Shown: in pieces, positions 8,651 through 19,938 of the stretch
How the letters are laid out: each line of letters starts with the position of its first letter
How positions within the stretch are numbered: the first letter of the stretch is position 1
Source: Candidatus Latescibacterota bacterium
Lineage (GTDB): Bacteria > Latescibacterota > UBA2968 > GCA-2709665
Assembly (NCBI GenBank): GCA_965203805.1
Contig: OZ241917.1
Span: 3,872,001-3,936,000 of the forward strand
Direction of reading: 5' to 3'
DNA length: 64,000 nucleotides
Made by a program: the position numbers and the translations under genes
The notes under the pieces: model-generated
What the model was told of the DNA's origin: nothing
What the model saw: the letters and a program-made list of their open reading frames with translations, nothing else
The model's database searches: none

Positions 8651-10548
8651 CATGGGCGGCGGGGTATGTGGATGGCAGTGATTGGGATTCGTCGATGACA
8701 TCCAGAATAACCTCAATTGCAAAATCACTTATGTTCGTTCTGGTGTGGTTCGTGAGCCTGAACGTTGAAATGGCTGCAGCCGACAGTGTATGGGCACAGG
8801 TTGAAGACATCTTGGCGACAGATCAAGGATTGATGGTGCTGGATGGGATGGAAAAGGTTCCTGCGCGGTACGCAGGCAAAGACGATCCGGTCTACGGCGA
8901 CTGGCTGGTCCTCCACGCGTTTTCCGAGCCGGGAACGTTCAACCCGTATGGCGGGATGGACTATAGTTCTTACAGAATCCTGGAGAACGTGTTCGAGTCG
9001 ATGTTGTATATGGAGGCGCCGTCGCCGTACGAGTTCAAGGGCAAATTGGCGAAGGGGTATCCGGCGGTGTCCGAGGACAGGCTCTCCTACACCTTCGATC
9101 TACGGGAGGAGATTCGCTTTTCGGATGGGAGACCATTAACCACCGAAGATGTACTGTTCACCTTCAAGGTGATCAAGAATCCGGACGTCCAGTTATCGGG
9201 ATTCGTGCGAAGCGGCTTCAAGGACCTGAGTGCGGTTCGACCCGAGGGGCCTTATAGAATCACGTTTGCCTACCGGGAACCCTATTTTTATAATGCGATC
9301 AATATTGGACGGCGGTGGATCCTTCCGAAGCACTATTACGACCCCGACGGGCTGATGGACCGTGTCCGTATCGAGGACCTGATCGACGGCTCGTGGGAGG
9401 CGGGTCCCCAGGCCGACCTGGTGCGCCGGTTCGCGGAGCGGTTCAACAGGGATTTCAGCAAGCATGCGCTCGGCTCCGGCCCCTACGTGCTTCCCCATTC
9501 AGACGACGCGGCGTCGCCGGGGAAGACCGTTCTGGACCGGGACCCGGACTATTGGGGACGAGGCAGGAAGGACCTTCCTCCCGCAGGGTACGTGGACAAA
9601 CTGGTGTTCAACGTGGTTGTGAACCCGGATGCGGCGTTTATCGAACTGGTCAACGGCAACCTGGACGTCTTGAACATGTACCCCCTGCCATTCAAGGAGA
9701 AAAGCTGGTCTCCTGAATTCACGTCGCGATTTCTTAAGGTTATCCGTTACGCAAGCGGCATCAATTTCATCGCGTGGAACAACACCCATCCGATTTTCCG
9801 CGATAGGCGGGTCCGCCGGGCGATGAGTCATCTCACGCCGCGCAAGAGCATCATCCGAAATCTGATCTACGGACTCGGCGTACCCATCGACGGACCGGTG
9901 CATATGTCTCGCCCGGAATTTCACGCGGGACTGGAACCCCTTGAGCATAACCGCGATCGGGCGGTCGAATTGCTGCAGGCGGCAGGCTGGACGGACACAG
10001 ACCGGGACGGCGTTCTGGACCGTGTTGTGGACGGCGCCAAGACAGCATTCGAGTTTGAATTCCTGGTAGCGGCCGGCTCGCAGCTCAGCAAAGATATCGC
10101 CCTGGTGATGCAGGACGAACTTGCGGACGTGGGAATCGGCTGCAGGGTGCGTGAAATAGATCGTTCCATTTTTGGCGAGCGGTTGCGAAAGCGGGAGTAC
10201 GATGCGTTGTTCACCGGCGTGGGCAGCCATCCGGCGCTGCCGCTGGATCTACATTCAAGCTGGCATTCGTCGCAGGTCAAAGACGGCGCCAATTATTCCT
10301 GTTTCGCGAACGAAGAGGCGGACCGCATCCTGGAACGGTATCGCCGTACGTTCGACCCTGACCGACGGATCTCGCTCTACCGGAGGCTCCAGGAAATCCT
10401 GTACGATGAACAGCCCTATACGTTTATCTTCGTGGGGCGGTCGGTCACGGCCTACAGCAAGCGGTTCCAAGGGGTCAACTGGTATCCTTCGGGACGGACC
10501 GATTTTCTGGAATGGTGGGCGCCACCGTCGGACCGGCGTTATCCGTAA
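8647..10548 (+). CDS. ABC transporter substrate-binding protein family 5 (OppA/AppA-like); start may be 8695
   Basis: SEPGTFNP, YTFDLREEIRFSDGRPLTTEDVLFTF, GSGPY, FRDRRVRRAM, QEILYDEQPY; N-terminal signal-like segment. Confidence 0.9.
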   Translation: MTWAAGYVDGSDWDSSMTSRITSIAKSLMFVLVWFVSLNVEMAAADSVWAQVEDILATDQGLMVLDGMEKVPARYAGKDDPVYGDWLVLHAFSEPGTFNPYGGMDYSSYRILENVFESMLYMEAPSPYEFKGKLAKGYPAVSEDRLSYTFDLREEIRFSDGRPLTTEDVLFTFKVIKNPDVQLSGFVRSGFKDLSAVRPEGPYRITFAYREPYFYNAINIGRRWILPKHYYDPDGLMDRVRIEDLIDGSWEAGPQADLVRRFAERFNRDFSKHALGSGPYVLPHSDDAASPGKTVLDRDPDYWGRGRKDLPPAGYVDKLVFNVVVNPDAAFIELVNGNLDVLNMYPLPFKEKSWSPEFTSRFLKVIRYASGINFIAWNNTHPIFRDRRVRRAMSHLTPRKSIIRNLIYGLGVPIDGPVHMSRPEFHAGLEPLEHNRDRAVELLQAAGWTDTDRDGVLDRVVDGAKTAFEFEFLVAAGSQLSKDIALVMQDELADVGIGCRVREIDRSIFGERLRKREYDALFTGVGSHPALPLDLHSSWHSSQVKDGANYSCFANEEADRILERYRRTFDPDRRISLYRRLQEILYDEQPYTFIFVGRSVTAYSKRFQGVNWYPSGRTDFLEWWAPPSDRRYP

Positions 10549-10878
10549 GTCAGAAATCTGGCAGCCTGGCGAATGGAAATCCTGGGAGCGAGGGCGTCTC
10601 GCCCCCGAGGGTTTTCAACCCAGCTTCCTGCCCTGTGAACTGTCAGCTTTTGGCTGCCGGAGCCACCTATCGCCAACCAATTCAACGGTGGGGTGGAGGG
10701 AGCTGATAGCTGACGGATGAATGCTCACAGTAGAACAGGCTGTCAAGCCACGCAATTCCTGCTTCGCGACAGTTTTCATCATCGTGATGACCATTAAACC
10801 AATCCACAAATAGTTTCGTATGGAAGACGTGAACGAATCTGTTTACGTATACAAGAGACCTATTTCGCAGGGTTTGTT

Positions 10879-13800
10879 ATGGCCGATCTTGATGCCGGAA
10901 CGATCGTAGACGGACACTATGAGATTATCGCGCCGGTCGGGAGTGGGGGTATGGGAACCGTTTATCGTGCGCGCGACGTCCAGGATAATGAGACCATTGC
11001 GTTGAAGATGCTTAACATTCCGAAACACGGAGCGCAGCGTAGGTTCTTAAGGGAGTTTAGCATCCTGTCCAGGATCCGTTACCCCCGAATTGTACGCTCA
11101 CACAGGTGGGGGGTGTACAAGGGAAGACCTTATTTTTCCATGGATTACGTCCGGGGTCGGACTCTGTCTGACGTAATTGACGACGCGGTGGACCACGAGA
11201 AGCTGAGAACGACGTGGTTCCTCCAATTTGTACAGCAGATTGGCGATGGATTGGTGCACATCCACGAACAGGGCCTGATACACCGGGACTTGAAGCCATC
11301 CAACATAATGATTTCCCAAGCTGGCGGAAATCTCTACGTTACGATTATGGATCTGGGACTCGCACGATTTCAGGAGTCGTTTTACGGGCAACTTACTCAG
11401 CCCGGGACGACCACAGGTACGGTGGAGTATATATCTCCAGAACAGATCCGTGGTCGGTCTGTCGACCAACGTTCTGACTTGTATTCGCTGGGGGTAATAC
11501 TGTACGAAATTCTCACCGGGAAACCGCCGTTCTGCGGCGGAAATCCAGCTTCGGTAATCTTTCGGCATCTCAGAGATCGACCCCGTACGCCTCACGTGCA
11601 AGGCATTCACGACCGGATCACGAGCGTGGTCCTGAAGCTGCTGGAAAAGGATCCGATTGACCGCTATAACTCTGTTCGGAGTCTTCTTCAGGATCTGCGG
11701 GAAAACGCCAGTGCCAAATCCGCTATTGGGATCGGGACTCCTTCTGCTACAAAGCCACCCGATCATTTTTTGCAACCCCAATTTCAGGGCCGGGAAAGTG
11801 AATTGATGGTGCTTCGGAAGGTTCTGAGCGAATCTCGCGATAGTGTGACACGAATGGTCCTGATTAGCGGAGAGGCCGGAATCGGGAAATCTCAGCTGCT
11901 GAATGAGTTCCAAGCCGATGCCCGCGTTCACGGGATGCGTATCCTTAGCGGGCGTTGTTATGAGAGCGGTGGGCGGGCATACGGTCCATTCCTGAAAGCG
12001 TTGACGGACCTGGCAGGGAGGCCGGGCAATCAAGGTTCGGATCTGGAAGTATCCGTTATGCGGGTTCTGGCGCAAATTGAACAGCTGGCGGATAACGATC
12101 AGAATGATCCTTACGCAGTGATGGAAATTTTGTCGGAGTTCTTCCGGATCCTTAGCCGTGAAACACCTACCCTCGTTTGCGTGGACGATATTCAGTGGGC
12201 AGACGATCTGAGTTTGCGGTTTCTGGATTTCATGAGACGCGATACAGACCCATCGAAACTCTACTTCGGCCTGACGTGCCGGAAGGAGGGCGAAGACCAG
12301 TTGCCGGCTCGTATCGAGGCGGTATTTCCCAACGCAGACGGACCCGGAATCGCCCATTTGAGACTCGAGCCGCTCAGTTTTGTGGAAATCAAGAATCTTG
12401 TTGCATCCATACTAGGCGAACCGACCGTGCCGGATGACGAAGCCCGCAGAATTCGTAGGGAGACAGGTGGAAATCCTCTGTTTGCCGTCGAACTGGTCCG
12501 CGGGGCCATCGATGATGGCTCAATTCACCAGGACATTTCAGGCGGGTGGACATGGTCGCGGTCAACCGCGTGGCCCATGCCCGCGGGCATCACGCAGGCG
12601 ATCGATTCGCGTCTCCGTCGGTTGCGGTCTGACGACCGCCGGGCGCTGGAATACGCTTCGATTTTTCGGGGGGCGGTTTCATTCGATCTGATTTCGGAAA
12701 TATGGCGCGGCGATAACTTGCGGTTGCTGGAAGCACTTGAAGGGCTTGTCCGCCTGGGTCTTCTGAGAGCTCTCGAGGACAGCGAGGGGCGGTACCGGTT
12801 TTCTCATGGGTTGATCCAGCGGGCGGTTTACCACGGTATCTCAGAAAAGAAACGCGAACTGTTGCATCTGGAAGCAGGCCGAGCCCTGGAGCCGCGATTC
12901 GAGACGGACTCGGATGAGACGTTGGACGATCTGGCTTATCATTTCTCAAGGTCGAACGACATCGAGAAAACGGTGAGTTGGGTACTGGCAGCTGGTCGCA
13001 AGGCCGTTAATATGAGTGACTTTATACAGGCTGTAGACCACTTTGAAACCGCAATTAAAAGAGGCGCGTTCTTGGCGGATGCGCCAGATAGGATTTGTGA
13101 GGGGTCATTGCATTACATTGATTTTCTCTGCGCATATGCGGAAGCACTTTCCGGATGTGACAGGTTTGACGAAGCCCTAGCCGAGTTGGAGAAGGCCATG
13201 CGGTGGATTTCCAACGATACGCCCGCTCAAAAGGCCGCCGCCCTTACTATGTTGGGTATAAACCACTCAAATTCGGGGGAATTTAAGAAGGCCGAATCGG
13301 TGTGGATGAAAGCTCTGAGCCTTTACCGAGATCTGGGCGATGATGAGAACGAATTGGTGACCCTAGGACTTCTATCGAACGTCTACTTGGATCTGAACTA
13401 TAACAAAGCGGCGGCTAACTATTTTCGCTTGGCCGCTGAAAAGTGCCAGCAGCTAGGTGGCGCTGTAAACAATGCTCGCGCGGAGCTTTTTCTCGCATTT
13501 GAGGCAGAATTGGAGTGCCGAACTGAAGGAGCAAGAACGCTTCTGCAGTCTTCGCTCGATCAGTTGGATCAGAACGGAGACCGTATCTATCGATATTCAT
13601 GTTTGTACCAGTTGGGGCGCATTGAATTACGCTTGGGAAATCTTGACCGTGCGCAGGAGATTTTTCAAGAGCTTCTAGTCTTCTGGCGCAGGTGCGGATC
13701 GAGGAGTTCTGAAGCCAATGCCAATTTGTATCTCGGCAGGATTGCACTGGAACAGGGAGACGCCAACGGCGCGGAATCGCAGGCTCGTGCCGCGGAGCGA

Positions 13801-15741
13801 CTTGCTGTGGATCGAGATCTATGCAATGAATACCATAGGGCTTGTGCGCTTCTCGCCGAGATAATGGCAGAAAGCGGACGTGTCGATGAGGCTCTTTCTT
13901 GGGCTGAACGGGCATCTCCCGGTGTAGACGCCGGCGACGATATGCGCAGTACGGTTCTGACAGCTAAAGCAAAAGCTCTCTCGGCCGCGGGCCAAGATGA
14001 AAATGTCCAATCGCTATTGGAAGTAGCACTTCAAAGCCAGGACGCGCAGCCAGCATCGGAACAGGTACGTCTTCTTCTCGTTGCAGGAATACACCATTTG
14101 GACAGGGGTCAATCCGAGGATGCCCGATGTTACCTGGAGAGAGCCAAACGTGGAGCGGAGGTGATGGGAATGAGTTATTTATCTCGTAAAGCTTCCGACA
14201 TGATTGGCAGAATTCCAGTTCAATTCCGCGAGGAGTCAAACGTAGACCAGTTGGCTCGTGGACTTACTGAGAAGCAACTTGCGACACTTTACGAAGTGTC
14301 AAACGATTTGACGTCTGTGCTCGAATTGAATACGCTACTGGATCGAATTCTTGATCGGCTAATAGGAGTAAGCAGAGCCGAACGCGCTGTAATTGCCCTT
14401 AAGGACCAGACGGCGCAAGGTGTTCAGGCGGCACGTGTCTACAACCTAGAACATGCGGCAACACAGGAGATTAGCAGAAGCGTTATTAGGGAGTCGATGC
14501 GACGAAACGAACCGATTTTATGTGTGAACGCGCAGGTTGATGAACGTTTTGGTCAGCAGGCGAGTGTTGTCGCGTACGGCATCCGTTCGGTGCTTTGCGT
14601 CCCTCTACACCATGAAGAGTTGGGCGTAATTGGAGCGTTGTATATAGACCACCGCGGCATAGAGGACCTATTTGCGGAACGGGACCGGGCCATGTTATCG
14701 GCCTTTGGGAATCTGGTATCCATTGCGGTTGTCAATGCTCGGATGTACTCGCAAATCAGGGACCGGGCGCTATTCTTTCAGAAGCAGATCGAGGGTCGCC
14801 ACCAATTGGAAGAACTGATCGGTCAGAGCCGGGCGATGCAGGACGTGTTCAGCCTGGTTGACGTTGCGGCGGAAAGCGACGTGACCGTACTGATTCAGGG
14901 TGAAACCGGAACGGGCAAGGAACTGGCCGCTCAGGCCATCCACGCACGCAGCGAACGAAAGGAACAGCCTTTCATGTCGGCCAATTGCGCCGCGCTCACC
15001 CACGAACTGCTTCAGAGCGAACTCTTCGGTCACAAGAGGGGTGCCTTCACCGGGGCCGTATCCGACCGAAAAGGGCTGTTTCTATCCGCGGACGGCGGCA
15101 CGGTATTCCTGGACGAAATTGGAGATGCTTCTCCACAATTGCAAGCAAGCCTATTGCGGGTACTTCAGGACGGTGAGATACAGCGAGTCGGTGAGACGGT
15201 GGTCCGGAAAGTAGATGTCAGGGTGATCGCAGCCACGAACCGCGACCTGGAAGCGGATGTTCGCAACGGCTTGTTTCGAGAGGATCTATACTATCGCCTG
15301 AGGGTATTGCAGATTGAGATGCCGCCCCTTCGTGATCACATTGACGATATTCCGCTGCTGTCGGAGCATATTCTGAAACGTGTCTGTGCGGACCAGGGTA
15401 AGTCTGTGCCGGGTTTTACCGTAGGGTCAATACAGGCAATGATGGGTCATGAGTGGCCGGGAAACGTGCGAGAATTGGAAAACGAGATCAGACGCGCGGT
15501 TGCCCTGGTAGAAGAAGGCAAGGAAATCGCTGTCGATCTATTGTCCGAGAAGATCGGGCTTCACGAAAAATTGAACGGCCGGGAACGCGGTTATTTCAAA
15601 GCAAGTGTGATGGCCGTGAAAAGGAGGATGATTGTTGAAGCTCTCGGCAAATGCGGCGGGAATATCACTCGCACAGCCGATCAACTCGGGCTGAGCCGAA
15701 ACGGGCTTCAAAAGATGATGGCACGTTTCGGCATGAGGTGA
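10879..15741 (+). CDS. Ser/Thr kinase + STAND-type AAA NTPase + TPR + GAF + sigma54 enhancer-binding ATPase + Fis-type HTH
   Basis: Kinase [31 protein letters not shown]; P-loop GEAGIGKS with VDDIQWAD; helical repeats; GAF ([15 protein letters not shown]); [44 protein letters not shown]; C-terminal [13 protein letters not shown]. Confidence 0.95.
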   Translation: MADLDAGTIVDGHYEIIAPVGSGGMGTVYRARDVQDNETIALKMLNIPKHGAQRRFLREFSILSRIRYPRIVRSHRWGVYKGRPYFSMDYVRGRTLSDVIDDAVDHEKLRTTWFLQFVQQIGDGLVHIHEQGLIHRDLKPSNIMISQAGGNLYVTIMDLGLARFQESFYGQLTQPGTTTGTVEYISPEQIRGRSVDQRSDLYSLGVILYEILTGKPPFCGGNPASVIFRHLRDRPRTPHVQGIHDRITSVVLKLLEKDPIDRYNSVRSLLQDLRENASAKSAIGIGTPSATKPPDHFLQPQFQGRESELMVLRKVLSESRDSVTRMVLISGEAGIGKSQLLNEFQADARVHGMRILSGRCYESGGRAYGPFLKALTDLAGRPGNQGSDLEVSVMRVLAQIEQLADNDQNDPYAVMEILSEFFRILSRETPTLVCVDDIQWADDLSLRFLDFMRRDTDPSKLYFGLTCRKEGEDQLPARIEAVFPNADGPGIAHLRLEPLSFVEIKNLVASILGEPTVPDDEARRIRRETGGNPLFAVELVRGAIDDGSIHQDISGGWTWSRSTAWPMPAGITQAIDSRLRRLRSDDRRALEYASIFRGAVSFDLISEIWRGDNLRLLEALEGLVRLGLLRALEDSEGRYRFSHGLIQRAVYHGISEKKRELLHLEAGRALEPRFETDSDETLDDLAYHFSRSNDIEKTVSWVLAAGRKAVNMSDFIQAVDHFETAIKRGAFLADAPDRICEGSLHYIDFLCAYAEALSGCDRFDEALAELEKAMRWISNDTPAQKAAALTMLGINHSNSGEFKKAESVWMKALSLYRDLGDDENELVTLGLLSNVYLDLNYNKAAANYFRLAAEKCQQLGGAVNNARAELFLAFEAELECRTEGARTLLQSSLDQLDQNGDRIYRYSCLYQLGRIELRLGNLDRAQEIFQELLVFWRRCGSRSSEANANLYLGRIALEQGDANGAESQARAAERLAVDRDLCNEYHRACALLAEIMAESGRVDEALSWAERASPGVDAGDDMRSTVLTAKAKALSAAGQDENVQSLLEVALQSQDAQPASEQVRLLLVAGIHHLDRGQSEDARCYLERAKRGAEVMGMSYLSRKASDMIGRIPVQFREESNVDQLARGLTEKQLATLYEVSNDLTSVLELNTLLDRILDRLIGVSRAERAVIALKDQTAQGVQAARVYNLEHAATQEISRSVIRESMRRNEPILCVNAQVDERFGQQASVVAYGIRSVLCVPLHHEELGVIGALYIDHRGIEDLFAERDRAMLSAFGNLVSIAVVNARMYSQIRDRALFFQKQIEGRHQLEELIGQSRAMQDVFSLVDVAAESDVTVLIQGETGTGKELAAQAIHARSERKEQPFMSANCAALTHELLQSELFGHKRGAFTGAVSDRKGLFLSADGGTVFLDEIGDASPQLQASLLRVLQDGEIQRVGETVVRKVDVRVIAATNRDLEADVRNGLFREDLYYRLRVLQIEMPPLRDHIDDIPLLSEHILKRVCADQGKSVPGFTVGSIQAMMGHEWPGNVRELENEIRRAVALVEEGKEIAVDLLSEKIGLHEKLNGRERGYFKASVMAVKRRMIVEALGKCGGNITRTADQLGLSRNGLQKMMARFGMR

Positions 15742-15882
15742 TTGCATGCAAAGATATTGTTAATGGATGTAGCCGGCGTGCGCAACAAATGGTGAGGGCA
15801 CGACGTCGACGTCGACGATGTGCCACCTGTTATGAGATACTGATATTAAATGAGTTAAACGTACAATATCCGTGAAACACCA

Positions 15883-15915
15883 CAAATAGACGTATAAAGT
15901 GTATACATCTATTTG
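15883..15915. promoter_or_regulatory. Palindrome, candidate upstream activator sequence
   Basis: CAAATAGACGTATA-aagtg-TATACATCTATTTG, 13 of 14 arm positions match, ~90-120 bp upstream of the -24 element; IHF-like site near 15950-15963. Confidence 0.5.
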
Positions 15916-16000
15916 CTTAGGACTGGCTGAAGACTATAGACATATTGTTATAATCTATTGTTTTTAAATCGCTTGTGCAACTGCATGAGCGATTTTTTTA

Positions 16001-16017
16001 TTGGCATGCCAATTGCT
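16001..16017 (+). promoter_or_regulatory. sigma54 (-24/-12) promoter
   Basis: TTGGCATGCCAATTGCT fits TGGCAC-N5-TTGC(A/T) with one substitution and lies directly downstream of a GAFTGA-containing activator gene. Confidence 0.9.
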
Positions 16018-16071
16018 ATAAACGTAACACGATAAATGCCAAAGCTTGTCCGCCCAAAAGGAGGAAGAATT

Positions 16072-16275
16072 ATGAAATCCGATGGATCCAAGAGGAATCT
16101 GCGTGCGATTAATGCAGCCGTAGGTAGGAACGGCAGGATCAACAGCTATCTGACATCGTCCGAGCCGTTTAAGGGGTTTGTCTGCACCTGGCCACGATTT
16201 CGCGTACTACCCCCTCCCACCAAGACAGTGGCCCACGTAGAGGCGTTCACCGAGGGATCTAGTCATTCGGGTTAG
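16072..16275 (+). CDS. Putative RiPP precursor peptide (67 aa) with ranthipeptide-like leader
   Basis: AGGAGG RBS; first ORF after the sigma54 promoter; LRAINAAVGRNGRINSY leader; directly upstream of an RRE-rSAM/SPASM gene. Confidence 0.82.
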   Translation: MKSDGSKRNLRAINAAVGRNGRINSYLTSSEPFKGFVCTWPRFRVLPPPTKTVAHVEAFTEGSSHSG

Positions 16276-16348
16276 GGCGTGTTTTCAGATTAAAGCGCGC
16301 CGCCAATCCGTAGGGGGAAATCACTTGCTAAAGATTAAAAGATGTGAA

Positions 16349-17806
16349 ATGCATCTTTTTAGGACGCCGCAAACTATCCATGCAATTGTATTCCAGGTCC
16401 GCACAGGTATTTTTTTCGAATTGGACCCGGTCTGCGAATCGATCTTGAAACGATGCGACGGGCTTTCGGCCGAAGCTTCTGTCTCCGAACTTGCTACTGA
16501 GCACAATCGTGACGATGTCCTCAATTCTATCGAGGTTCTGGAAAAGGTAGGGTTAATATCCGACGCTTCCTTGCAACTCCTTTCGTCGACAACATTGTAC
16601 GATGAACTGCCTTGCGAGAACCCAGGACTTAACAACTACTCAGATCCGTTTCATGTCACACTTCACGTGGCGCATGCGTGCAACATCAAATGCGCCTATT
16701 GCTTCGCCCATGGAGGCGACTACGGCGGACCGCCGGGTTTGATGCATCTCGACGTCGCGCATCAGGCCGTACGATGGGCGTTGGTTTCAGCCATCCCGCA
16801 CAAGAGATGCCAGATCGACTTCTTCGGCGGTGAGCCGCTACTGAATTTCGAACTGATTCAATCGACCGTGCCGTATGCCCGCGAATACGCCCATGAGTTA
16901 GGGGTTGGGGTATCATTTGGTGTAACTACCAACGGATCTTTGCTATCAGAAGAAATAGTCCAGTATCTAACTGGCGAAGAAATCCAGGTTATGGTTAGCG
17001 TAGATGGAAACGCGGCTATTCAAGATCGACTTCGAAAGTTCAATGACGGTAGCAAAACCTTCGATGTTGTGGCTCAAGGAGTCAAAAGGTTAACCCAGAA
17101 GTCGGCAGGGCAGGTGACTGTACATGCAACGATGACATCATTCAATATGGACGGAGACGCAATTGAAAGGGACTTGGAAAAACTAGGTGCGGCTCAGCTA
17201 GAGTTCGCTCAAGTCGTGGCATCCCCGAATGTTCCCTATGCATTTCGAGAGGAGCATCTTCCGGAGTTAAAGCGCGGACTTTACAAGAAGAGCAAGCGAG
17301 AACTTGAGGCAATTCTCAACGGTTCGCAGAATGCCGGATTTTTCGATGAATATATAGAGAGGTTGATGAGACGTGATAATGTCTGCCATGGCTGCCAGGG
17401 CGGGAAGACATTTTTCGCGGTGGCTGCGGACGGCGCGATCTATTTCTGTTCCAGTTTGGCGGACAGCCCGGAATTTAAGATGGGGGATGTATTCGCCGGA
17501 TTGGACGTACAAATCCAAGACCGAATCAAAGAGACGTTTCAGGTAGACAACCGAACCGATTGCCGGGCCTGCTGGGCAAGGAATCTGTGCGGCGGAAGCT
17601 GTTTATTTGATGCACGTACTTCAACCGGGGATCCGTTGAAACCCAATCCGGTGTCGTGCGAACAGATACGGTATCGATACGAGTTGGCGATGGAGATGAG
17701 TTTGGAAATCCAAAACCGAGACGAGGGGATTCTTAGAAACAGATACGATTTGGAGTGGACAGATCAAGAAGATGAACCGCCCCAACATTGTATTAGTCGC
17801 GAATAA
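16349..17806 (+). CDS. Radical SAM/SPASM peptide maturase with N-terminal RRE (CteB/PapB/QhpD-like); alternative TTG start 16325
   Basis: PqqD-like N-terminus ending LEKVGLI; LHVAHACNIKCAYCFAHGG; IDFFGGEPLLNF; TTNG; VSVDG; SPASM GCQGG..AIYFC and CRACWARNLCGGSC..SC. Confidence 0.93.
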   Translation: MHLFRTPQTIHAIVFQVRTGIFFELDPVCESILKRCDGLSAEASVSELATEHNRDDVLNSIEVLEKVGLISDASLQLLSSTTLYDELPCENPGLNNYSDPFHVTLHVAHACNIKCAYCFAHGGDYGGPPGLMHLDVAHQAVRWALVSAIPHKRCQIDFFGGEPLLNFELIQSTVPYAREYAHELGVGVSFGVTTNGSLLSEEIVQYLTGEEIQVMVSVDGNAAIQDRLRKFNDGSKTFDVVAQGVKRLTQKSAGQVTVHATMTSFNMDGDAIERDLEKLGAAQLEFAQVVASPNVPYAFREEHLPELKRGLYKKSKRELEAILNGSQNAGFFDEYIERLMRRDNVCHGCQGGKTFFAVAADGAIYFCSSLADSPEFKMGDVFAGLDVQIQDRIKETFQVDNRTDCRACWARNLCGGSCLFDARTSTGDPLKPNPVSCEQIRYRYELAMEMSLEIQNRDEGILRNRYDLEWTDQEDEPPQHCISRE

Positions 17807-17941
17807 TGACTGTTGGGGATGGCTGAGACAACGTCAACCGCCAGTGGATTTCCACTTGAGTCGCACGTCTTCGTCGGCGCTTGACTCGACCCGAATTCCG
17901 AAACCACTTGAGTATGGTTCTTATGAGACAGGATCTGAATC

Positions 17942-19111
17942 GTGCATAAGTGTGACCCACGAACTACAGTGGAATATCCGCTCGCCGTCTTCACACCTCA
18001 GGTTGGAACTGTTTCGGAGACCTTCATTCGTCGGCATGTAAATGATCTGTGCACTGGCGCATCCGTTACGATTACCTGTCAAGTCGGCGACCCGGTAAGA
18101 TCCAGTTGGAACTTTGTTGGACCGATGTTGGTTTTGGATCACGTAGAGCCGGTTCGTTTCACACGAGAGACAGGCTGGGAGTTCACTTCGAAGCACCTTA
18201 ACGCGATAAAGGGGTTTTTACAGGAACATCACGTTCAGATTGTGATGGGAGAATACCTGGATGTCTGTTTGCCTCTATTGGAGATCGCTGTAGAGTTGAA
18301 GATTCCATTTTGGGGGCATGCTCATGGCTACGACATTTCCATGCGCTTGCGCGATCACCGGCTTCGGAATGCATACCGCCGCTATAGGGAGGCGGCTGGA
18401 ATTATTGTGGGCTGTGATTGGGCCCGCAAACGGTTAATCCGTTTGGGTTTGACGGCAGACAATGTTCATGTGGTCCCATGCGGTGTAGACTTACCTAAAC
18501 AGCCTGTGGTTCGATCTCACTCGGAATATATCCGTTGCTTAGCCGTGGGTCGGTTTATTGAAAAGAAAGCACCTCTTGTAACGCTGGATGCATTCCGGCA
18601 GGCTATGACGGCATGTCCAAGATTGCGATTGCACTATATCGGTTCAGGTGATTTGGTTCCGTCGGCCCAAGAGTATATACGAAATCATGATTTGGTGAGT
18701 TGTGTCACGCTTTACGGTAGTCGATCTCACGATTTCGTGAAACAATCGATGCAGTGGGCGGATATTTTCCTACAACACAGTATGACCGATCCGGCAACTG
18801 GCGACCAGGAAATGATGCCAGTTGGGATTCTGGAGGCAATGGCAAACAGCCTGCCGGTAGTTTCGACCCGGCATGCGGGAATTCCCGAGGCAGTAGAAGA
18901 GAGTATAACAGGGTATCTGGTAGATGAAGGTGATAGCAGCGGTATGTGCGACTGCATTGTTCAACTGGCACAGAATCGTGAGTTGCGCAAACGAATGGGA
19001 TGTGCAGCCCGTGAGCGCGTCAATGGTCGTTTCTCCTGGGACCTTGAACGCACTGCTTTGTTGGAATTATTAGACCTTAGATACGTGGCCAATCGCTTTG
19101 GCGCTTCATGA
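17942..19111 (+). CDS. Glycosyltransferase family 4 (WcaL-like)
   Basis: SETFI, HGYDI, VGRFIEKK, QEMMPVGILEAMANSLPVVSTRHAGIPE. Confidence 0.9.
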   Translation: MHKCDPRTTVEYPLAVFTPQVGTVSETFIRRHVNDLCTGASVTITCQVGDPVRSSWNFVGPMLVLDHVEPVRFTRETGWEFTSKHLNAIKGFLQEHHVQIVMGEYLDVCLPLLEIAVELKIPFWGHAHGYDISMRLRDHRLRNAYRRYREAAGIIVGCDWARKRLIRLGLTADNVHVVPCGVDLPKQPVVRSHSEYIRCLAVGRFIEKKAPLVTLDAFRQAMTACPRLRLHYIGSGDLVPSAQEYIRNHDLVSCVTLYGSRSHDFVKQSMQWADIFLQHSMTDPATGDQEMMPVGILEAMANSLPVVSTRHAGIPEAVEESITGYLVDEGDSSGMCDCIVQLAQNRELRKRMGCAARERVNGRFSWDLERTALLELLDLRYVANRFGAS

Positions 19112-19292
19112 GTGGGAAATGACAGAGGCGTCTCTCTAATGGATGTGTAGATTTGATGCGCATTGAGGTTCGCCATAGGGTCGTGGATCGTGCCTTTGAA
19201 GCCGAAAAAAGTGTTTCATTGTCAGAAAATATCCAGTCAGATGCACCGGTCTTGGGACGATACAACTGGCGGGCCTTGGAGCATCTGAGATA

Positions 19293-19883
19293 ATGCACAG
19301 ACTCGACGACGATAATGAGTATTTCGCGCTTGTAATGTTGGACGTTCGGACAGCGTTTTTCGACATCCAACGTATATTGCAGGTGGACCAGGAAAAACAT
19401 CCCGATTATGACGTCTTGTTTGTAGTCGGACGCGATGTACGGGACAATTTGAATCGGGCGTTACGGCAACGAGCCCCAGACGTTACGGTAATACCGAGGA
19501 AGGACGCAGCGTCGCATCTGGCCCTCGCCAAACTCGTCGAGGCACGCCAAAGATATTCACATGTTCTTGCGGAGAGACTGGATCGCTATCTCGAGACGCA
19601 CTTTCAGAAGAAGTCGCTGTCATTGGGAGATTTGCGAGAGAGTTTTCAAATTTCATCGAGTTATATTACCCGGCTGTTCCGGGAACACGTAGGGATGTCA
19701 TTTCGAAAACGGTTGAATTCGTACCGTGTACAAAAAGCCAAGCACCTGTTAAAAACTACAGATCAGACAGTGGATTGCATTGCAAGAGAGGTTGGATTCA
19801 GGAATCACGCACGGCTGACAGAAGCGTTTTACAGGTTCGAAGGCATGCCGCCGGGCCGGTTTCGCAGGATGTGTGTTTTTTGA
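19293..19883 (+). CDS. AraC-family transcriptional regulator
   Basis: C-terminal SSSYITRLFREHVGMSF..RVQKAKHLL..IAREVGF..GMPPGRFR. Confidence 0.85.
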   Translation: MHRLDDDNEYFALVMLDVRTAFFDIQRILQVDQEKHPDYDVLFVVGRDVRDNLNRALRQRAPDVTVIPRKDAASHLALAKLVEARQRYSHVLAERLDRYLETHFQKKSLSLGDLRESFQISSSYITRLFREHVGMSFRKRLNSYRVQKAKHLLKTTDQTVDCIAREVGFRNHARLTEAFYRFEGMPPGRFRRMCVF

Positions 19884-19938
19884 GACTTCGTAATGTAGGA
19901 AATCCAAGTCAGGCAGGACAAGCTGAGGTTGTTGCCCT

